A stretch of DNA of 64,000 nucleotides from a virus (taxonomy: Duplodnaviria; Caudoviricetes). The DNA lies in the IMG/VR virus record IMGVR_UViG_642791616_000001, positions 1 to 64,000 of that record; one strand, written 5' to 3'. Under the pieces are notes generated by a model that searched no databases, was not told where the DNA came from, and worked only from the letters and a program-made list of their open reading frames with translations. Positions 57,897 through 64,000 of this stretch are shown in pieces (the first letter of the stretch is position 1; each line of letters begins with the position of its first letter). The position numbers and the translations under genes are program-made.

Positions 57897-59288
57897 TTAT
57901 TTTGATTCTAGCGCGACCACTCTCGCAGTAAGCGCCGATAAATCCGATACAAGTTTATTAAGGTCCACGTTTGCTCCGGAAGAACTGACGATGATCTTCG
58001 ATAGTTTTATAAAATCAGATGACGATATTAATCCGGCTTTAGATGAACTTGCCATGTCTACTTGCGGTTTGCCATCCGGACCGACTACGATACTTTGTAG
58101 CTTCTGAAAGTCGTTTGACGTCATCAATCCATTGGAAACCGCCGTCGCCGGTCCGTATTTCGGAATAGTTGTCGGGTCATAACCGTCGTCAAAGTTCGCA
58201 TCGCTTCCGATACGTATTCCGGAACCTACCGATGTCCCTTTTACTTTTCCGGACGCATCAATCAACTTGGATACGCGCTTCTCAGTCTTCCGAAAGTTTT
58301 TCATGTCCGTTTTAATATCGCGTTTCAGCTTTCCGAATGTGTAAACTGGGGACTTATTCGGATCTGAATAGCGTTCAACTCCGACAACTTTGATCCGCTT
58401 GTTGATTCCGAACGGATCGATCATGCACCATACGTAGTCGCCTTTGCGGATGTCTTGGACGCCGAAATGTCGTAGCTCCGTATACGTCAGCGTCAAAGAT
58501 AGCTCGATCGTATCCGTTAGTTCTTCTTGCAATCGAAGCTCTAGTTCATCTGCGTTTTTATCGGTGTAAGCATCATCGCGAATAGGTGCGGCGTGCTTGA
58601 TTCCGTAGATTTCCGCAAGTGGACTCGTGTACTCAAGTTCAACCGCGTACGCCTTCGTCTTGTCGTTCTGTTTGCCGTATCCTCGGATGTACGTCTTTAA
58701 CGAACTCGTATCGATCTCAACGGATTCGTCGCGGGCATTGAACTTATGCCGAATCTGATAATCGGTGTCGCGAGCCAATTCCTTCGCAATGACTACCTTT
58801 TTCCCCTCGATGGTATATTCCGCTTTGTATTTATCGAGTATATCTCGCAATAAATCGTTAGAGAATCCATCGCCGAAATCTTCGAGTTCAAACGTCGCGT
58901 CTAGGCCTTCCGGTGAGATGTCGGATGAGTAGCCCGATCCTTCGAGGGCGATCGCAACCATGTCGTCTACGGTCATCTTCTTTTTCTTTCCGGACTTACT
59001 ATAAACATAGTTATCCGCTAGATCGATCAACGGTTTATAGACGCCGGATGCTTCGATCTTTATCGTTTTATTTGCCGTGACTGGACGCGTCTTCTTGATG
59101 ACGTATTCCTCTCCGTCGCAAACGAAGATGTTTTCGTTCTCGATCAACCCGAATGAGTGATCGTTGTTTCTCGTACTCAAAACCGACACGTCAAGCGATT
59201 TCTCATTCTCAGCCGTTTCTCGTACCGTACAGTCGTAGTCAGTAAGCGCCTCGACTTCGCCTCTTACCGTTTTTATAAGTAGCTCCAT
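57897..59288 (-). CDS. Tal / prophage tail endopeptidase-family protein
   Basis: LKTYIRGYGK, YTSPLAEIYGIKHA. Confidence 0.85.
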   Translation of the reverse strand: MELLIKTVRGEVEALTDYDCTVRETAENEKSLDVSVLSTRNNDHSFGLIENENIFVCDGEEYVIKKTRPVTANKTIKIEASGVYKPLIDLADNYVYSKSGKKKKMTVDDMVAIALEGSGYSSDISPEGLDATFELEDFGDGFSNDLLRDILDKYKAEYTIEGKKVVIAKELARDTDYQIRHKFNARDESVEIDTSSLKTYIRGYGKQNDKTKAYAVELEYTSPLAEIYGIKHAAPIRDDAYTDKNADELELRLQEELTDTIELSLTLTYTELRHFGVQDIRKGDYVWCMIDPFGINKRIKVVGVERYSDPNKSPVYTFGKLKRDIKTDMKNFRKTEKRVSKLIDASGKVKGTSVGSGIRIGSDANFDDGYDPTTIPKYGPATAVSNGLMTSNDFQKLQSIVVGPDGKPQVDMASSSKAGLISSSDFIKLSKIIVSSSGANVDLNKLVSDLSALTARVVALESK

Positions 59289-59299
59289 CGCGCCACCTC

Positions 59300-60727
59300 C
59301 TAGAAATAATAGAATCGGAAATCGAATTTGATTTCGAATGATCCGCTCGTTCCCGACAACACAAATTCGTTCCACCCCGGCTCTAGTCGGATTGTCTGCC
59401 GGTTGGTATCTCCGAAAATACTTACGCCGTCTTTACGCGCCTTGACCCCGTCCAAAATAACCGTCTCTTTCGACGTCGTATCGCCCGTATATTGCCAAGC
59501 ATCGCCGGTCGTTTTGTTCGTGATCTTTAACTTAGATGAGGCGCCTTTATACGAAATAACGAAAGGCAATCCCAACGGATCAATACGAATAGCCCCCGCA
59601 TTGTAAATACGGAAGCTCTTTGTCTTATGTTTATAGACCGGAATAGTGTCCTCTAGGTTTTCACCGAACTGCCAAAGACTCGTGTCAAAAGTAAACGGGT
59701 CCTGCGTCGTACCGACCGATTCGCAGTAAGGAGATGCGCTTTCGAACGTTAGTGTAAAATCGGCCACGCTTCCGCTTCTCTCCGGATCAAAAGAATCGCT
59801 CAATTCGACTCGCCAACGTTTCTTCGGATTGCCCTCCGCGACTAGATAAAACTCGGATTCCTGATAAAGAGCGTTATATATTTCGTCGCGTAACAAGTAG
59901 AAGTCGGCGGCGTCTTCAGCATACATCGTGCAGTCGGCTGTGATACGGCGATTTCCAAAATCTTTGCCTGTGCGATAAGATCCGTTTTTTCCCGGGATAT
60001 TTTCGTAGGTAATATTCGGAGCCGGCGCAGATACGACTAGACTACGTACTAAAACAGATAGGTCTCGTGCCATGTCGATAATAGTTCCATTGCGGTATTG
60101 AATACGGAAGTTTGCATCCGAACGTGGAATCGCTGAAGAGCGCCCGAAAACAATATCCGGCGAGAATGCATCTTCATTAAATTTTTCGTCTACGTCAACA
60201 ACGGATGGTTCCGGTTTTGGCTTCGCTGGCTTATCTACGTCGGTGCTTGTGTCTGTCGTCTTCTTCGTGTCGTACTTCGTTAGGTTATGCGTCGCGATAA
60301 TGTTGTTCAATTTCGTCGCGTACGCTGGGTCCGTTGCATATCCGGCACTAACGAGAGCCTTCGTTGCTTTCCGGTAGTTCGTCTGTCCGACGACGGCTTT
60401 GTAGTGATTCGGGTTCCAGCTCGTTCCGTTAATGTATAGCTTCGCGAGGTCCTGCATCGATTCGTACCAAGACGGATACTTACGGAAGTCAGCGTAAACT
60501 TGCACGTTTCTTCCATTGTACACTTCCCACGTCAACATCCGAATAGAAGAGCCTTTGTACGAACCTTTTACGCCAAACAAGTTCTTACCTTTCGTGGCCA
60601 ATCCCGAATTTCCGTAGCCGGATTCTAGGCAGCCCTGCGCAATGACAAGCGACGCGAGTATGTTGTAATTCCGGTATATTTTCTGCGCGTCCGGCGCTAT
60701 CGCTTTGATGAAACTAGCGTTGCTCAA
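59300..60727 (-). CDS. Distal tail protein fused to N-terminal GH73 glucosaminidase
   Basis: AQGCLESGYG, NLFGVKG, GYATDPAY; C-terminal LEPGWNEF...FDFRFYYF. Confidence 0.85.
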   Translation of the reverse strand: MSNASFIKAIAPDAQKIYRNYNILASLVIAQGCLESGYGNSGLATKGKNLFGVKGSYKGSSIRMLTWEVYNGRNVQVYADFRKYPSWYESMQDLAKLYINGTSWNPNHYKAVVGQTNYRKATKALVSAGYATDPAYATKLNNIIATHNLTKYDTKKTTDTSTDVDKPAKPKPEPSVVDVDEKFNEDAFSPDIVFGRSSAIPRSDANFRIQYRNGTIIDMARDLSVLVRSLVVSAPAPNITYENIPGKNGSYRTGKDFGNRRITADCTMYAEDAADFYLLRDEIYNALYQESEFYLVAEGNPKKRWRVELSDSFDPERSGSVADFTLTFESASPYCESVGTTQDPFTFDTSLWQFGENLEDTIPVYKHKTKSFRIYNAGAIRIDPLGLPFVISYKGASSKLKITNKTTGDAWQYTGDTTSKETVILDGVKARKDGVSIFGDTNRQTIRLEPGWNEFVLSGTSGSFEIKFDFRFYYF

Positions 60728-60742
60728 CCGCTCACCTCCTCC

Positions 60743-63529
60743 CTAATAACTGCTTCGATCTATTTCGTCCATCTGCCGTCTACTTACGTGTGGCTCGACG
60801 ATACGACCGACCACTTCGCCTTCCATAACTACCGATAGCCCCTTAAGTGACTCGACAGCATTTGCGAGGTTTGAAAGGCCCGCTTGCATTTGCGGGCTAT
60901 AGCCGCCTACTGACGCAACCCGAGCCGTATGACCAGCGTCTAGCATCCGGAATAAGTTCGATTGTTGTGCTTCCGTCAAGACCATTTCATTTCGTAGAGC
61001 GCGAATATCAACTTCGTGACTCATTGGACGGTCGATAAACTTCGAAGCCATTCCGCCTGAATGCAACTTGCCGGCCGGTTTGCCGACGATGCCTCCGACG
61101 TGGTAAGTACCTTCGTTTCCACGCCCACGGCTGACGGCTCGTTCCGTTTTACGTGTGACATCCGTTGTGATGATCGTTATGCGCTTACTGAGGTCCTTGC
61201 TGAGTTCCGCATTCATGACCGATGCTTGGCCGGTTATCTCAACGACTTTGCTCCTTGTTTGCTCTAATTGCGTAATTTCCTTTTCAATTGCGGCAAGTGA
61301 TTTGCGATATTCAGCCGTCTTTTTATCGGCCGCTGTCGTATTGTTAATAAGTTTCCATCGTGCTTCATTAAGTTTTCCGAGTTCTTTATCTAGCACCGCG
61401 ACTCCTTGGCCCTTTTTAGCTGTTAGGCCCACTTGTCGCAATTCTAAATCTATCAATTTTTGATTGACCTGAGTTAACTTGCCGATCTCCTTCTGTGTTT
61501 CAGCGAGACTTGCCTGTTTCTTTTGAAGTATCTCGGTACTTTTTATTAGCTCGTTCCTCTTTGTATCTAGAATCTGCTTTTCCTGTGCGAGTGTTACCTG
61601 ATGCATCTGCGCTTCCGCTTGATTTCCATTCTTTTTAGCCTCGGCGATCTTTCTTTCAATACTTTCTACTGTAGCTAGTTGGTTAGTAACGGCCTGCTCT
61701 TTCTCAGCTCTCTTGCTAGCCTCTGAGTTTATTTCCTGCTTTAATTGCTTCTCTTTTTGAAGATGCCCCTCCATGTTGCGCTCAGAGATCGTCTTTTGCT
61801 TTTCGAGTTCCAAGCGCAATTCTTCCGCTTTCTCCGCACTCAAACGTTTCATCGCTTCGGTATTCTTCGCGATCGCATTGCCCTGCGCCGAGAAGGCCGC
61901 TTCTGTTTCCGGAGACTTCTTGATAATCTGATCGTTCAACTGTAAGAACCGGTCGAACTCCTCATTCGTAAGTCCCGAGCTCTTACGGAGGCCGTCTTGT
62001 TCTGCGTTTAGTTTCTTAATCGCAGCCGAATCTTTTTCGTTAGCCAGCGCGTCCTTGTTGTCTAAGTAGCGTAGTAATTCATCGTTCGTCAGTTTCATTT
62101 TCGCCTGCAAGCCGTCGTACTCTTTGATCGTCTTGTTTATGCCGTCGACTTCCTTTTGCTTCGCGTTTGCCGCTTCGAGGCTGACGGTATTCATCGCTTT
62201 ATAGCCGGCAGAAACGCCGACCAATAAACCGCCAAGCAACGAAAGACCCGTTATGATCCATCCGGCTGGCCCCATTGCCGCGAATAATCCACGCAATGCA
62301 AAGCCGAGTTTGACTGCCGAAGCAGCCGTAAGTGCGATTGCCGCCGAAGTGCCCGCCATTGCGAGACCCGTCGCTACGACGCTCGGGTTGACCTTACTAA
62401 ATAAGTCGACTAACTTCGTCCCGTGGTCGACGATAGACCGTAGGTGCGGTAAGAACTCGTTTCCAAGTTTGATACCTACGCCTTCGAGTGCTGACGTAAA
62501 TTTCTCGAATGCGCCGTATAGGTTATCCATCTGCACATCCGCGACACTTTGCGCTGTTCCGGCTGATTCTTCTAGCGACTTCGTATACGATTTAAGGCTC
62601 TTTTCTCCGGTCGCTAATAACGCCGCAAACCCCGACGCTGCTTCTGTTCCGACGAGCGACGCTATTGCAGCCGTCTTCTGCGCCTGACCTAAGTGGCCGA
62701 GCTTTTCGTTTAAGTGGCCGATGATTTCCGGTAGGGGCTTCATCTTACCCGAAGCGTCTTGTACTTCGATGCCGTACGCCTTAGTTGCCTTCGCGGCACG
62801 CCCGATTGGGTTAGCAAGCCGTAACATGCCCGCCCGTAATGCCGTACCGGCCATCGAACCTTGAATACCGGCGTCAGACATTTTCGCAACTGCGGCCGCC
62901 GTTTCCTCGAACGTAAATCCGAGCGACGTCGCAACTGGTGCTACGTACTTCATTGCGTCTCCGAGTTGTAATAGATCGGTGTTCGCACTGGTCATCGTTT
63001 TAACTAGAACGTCAACCGCGTACGTTGAATCTTCCGACGCGATTCCGAAGCCCGTCATGATATTCGACACGATGTCCGCCGACGTTCCCATGTCCACCGA
63101 AGCAGCAGCCGCCATGTTTAATACAGCCGGTAACGAGCCGATCTGATCTTTAACGCTGAAGCCCGCCATCGCTAAGTATTGGAGTCCTTGCGCTGCCTCT
63201 GTCGCCGTAAACTTCGTCGATTCTCCGAGATCCATAGCAACTTTTCGAAGGGCTTCGAAGTCCTGTCCGGTAGCGCCCGAAATCGACTGAACTTTCGACA
63301 TTGCTTGCTCGAAGTCAGCCGCAGTTTTAACTGATACGCCGATGCCCGCGACTACTGCGCCCCCTACCGCTAGGGCTGCCGTCTGAACGATTCCCATTTG
63401 CGTGCTTAACGACTTGGCTGAATTGCTCATCTGATTCATTTGACTTTCCGCCTGAGAGACACCGGCGCTGAATTGACTCGATTCTAGCGATAAGCGAGCG
63501 ACAATTTCTCCTACTGTAGTACCTGACAT
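60743..63529 (-). CDS. Tape measure protein (TP901 type)
   Basis: STKFTATEAAQG, GIQGSMAGTALR. Confidence 0.92.
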   Translation of the reverse strand: MSGTTVGEIVARLSLESSQFSAGVSQAESQMNQMSNSAKSLSTQMGIVQTAALAVGGAVVAGIGVSVKTAADFEQAMSKVQSISGATGQDFEALRKVAMDLGESTKFTATEAAQGLQYLAMAGFSVKDQIGSLPAVLNMAAAASVDMGTSADIVSNIMTGFGIASEDSTYAVDVLVKTMTSANTDLLQLGDAMKYVAPVATSLGFTFEETAAAVAKMSDAGIQGSMAGTALRAGMLRLANPIGRAAKATKAYGIEVQDASGKMKPLPEIIGHLNEKLGHLGQAQKTAAIASLVGTEAASGFAALLATGEKSLKSYTKSLEESAGTAQSVADVQMDNLYGAFEKFTSALEGVGIKLGNEFLPHLRSIVDHGTKLVDLFSKVNPSVVATGLAMAGTSAAIALTAASAVKLGFALRGLFAAMGPAGWIITGLSLLGGLLVGVSAGYKAMNTVSLEAANAKQKEVDGINKTIKEYDGLQAKMKLTNDELLRYLDNKDALANEKDSAAIKKLNAEQDGLRKSSGLTNEEFDRFLQLNDQIIKKSPETEAAFSAQGNAIAKNTEAMKRLSAEKAEELRLELEKQKTISERNMEGHLQKEKQLKQEINSEASKRAEKEQAVTNQLATVESIERKIAEAKKNGNQAEAQMHQVTLAQEKQILDTKRNELIKSTEILQKKQASLAETQKEIGKLTQVNQKLIDLELRQVGLTAKKGQGVAVLDKELGKLNEARWKLINNTTAADKKTAEYRKSLAAIEKEITQLEQTRSKVVEITGQASVMNAELSKDLSKRITIITTDVTRKTERAVSRGRGNEGTYHVGGIVGKPAGKLHSGGMASKFIDRPMSHEVDIRALRNEMVLTEAQQSNLFRMLDAGHTARVASVGGYSPQMQAGLSNLANAVESLKGLSVVMEGEVVGRIVEPHVSRRQMDEIDRSSY

Positions 63530-63554
63530 TCGATTTCCTCCTTTCCTCCGTTAT

Positions 63555-63908
63555 TTAAGAGAGGCTCCGCAATTGCTCGAACTTATCTCGGTCGAAATCG
63601 TCACGTTCCACATAGCCGGCTTGTTTTCGAAGGTCTTTTAACATGCGTTGATAATCCTCGTCTTCCATAGCGCGCCCTTCAGTGCCGACGAGTGTCGATA
63701 TCATAGAAAGCCGTTCAATCGCGTTAGACTTCGTCTTTGCACGTAGGAATTTCGGAATATCGACCATGTAGTAATCGTTTTCGATCTGTCGCTGAGTGAC
63801 CCCGAGCAATACCGCCGCATCTATTAAGTAGTCATCGATTGTGTACTCGCCTTCATCCGGATACTTTACTCTGTCGGTGCTTTCGGAAGAAGGCTTTTCA
63901 GGTTTTTT
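63555..63908 (-). CDS. -1 frameshift extension of tail assembly chaperone
   Basis: A AAA AAC at 63902-63908; -1 frame open through the 63555-63809 ORF. Confidence 0.75.
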   Translation of the reverse strand, partial: KKPEKPSSESTDRVKYPDEGEYTIDDYLIDAAVLLGVTQRQIENDYYMVDIPKFLRAKTKSNAIERLSMISTLVGTEGRAMEDEDYQRMLKDLRKQAGYVERDDFDRDKFEQLRSLS

Positions 63909-64000
63909 GCTACGGATTGCAAACGGTTCTTTTCAACTACCGCGATTAGAAAATCGATGATTTCGTCGGTCCCGACATTTTCGAGAATGTAGTCTTCGTC
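63866..64000 (-). CDS. Tail assembly chaperone, C-terminal part (partial)
   Basis: DEDYILENVGTDEIIDFLIAVVEKNRLQSVAKNLKSLLPKAPTE*. Confidence 0.7.
   Translation of the reverse strand, partial: DEDYILENVGTDEIIDFLIAVVEKNRLQSVAKNLKSLLPKAPTE

Larger units (their letters stand above)
49012..64000. mobile_element. Prophage 2: siphovirus-like element at tRNA-Ala 3' end, truncated by window
   Basis: Integrase right after tRNA; holin, amidase, BppU, Tal, Dit, TMP; visibly higher GC/CpG. Confidence 0.92.

Noticed and set aside
1853-62934. Numerous 60-160 aa ORFs antisense to or out of frame with phage genes
   Set aside because: Shadow ORFs of well-supported genes, without convincing RBS or motifs

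Overview
Bacillus (subtilis/pumilus-type) chromosomal window made almost entirely of two different prophages flanking one tRNA-Ala(GGC) at 48939-49011. Left (1 to ~48900) is a near-complete skin/PBSX-like contractile-tailed prophage, mostly on the minus strand: integrase/ImmA/repressor, then early, recombination and replication genes, ArpU, terminase, portal (frameshifted), head, xkd-type tail and lysis genes, with many accessory genes inserted. Right (49012-64000, cut by the window edge) is a GC/CpG-richer siphovirus-like prophage with its own integrase, lysis and tail genes. The most interesting signals are: (1) a two-gene operon beyond the lysin encoding an unknown acidic protein plus a SecB-like chaperone, a candidate non-canonical chaperone-dependent defence system; (2) four tiny sigmaA-promoter-to-terminator units antisense to the lytic operon, each covering an anti-Shine-Dalgarno element of the next lytic gene; (3) a structured late leader with a kink-turn; (4) a lipoprotein amidinotransferase behind a CiaR-like box; (5) an LCI-like antimicrobial peptide, a BsrH-like type I TA with an 11-bp array, and a portal frameshift. 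All functional calls come from motif recognition by eye; no database searches were run.
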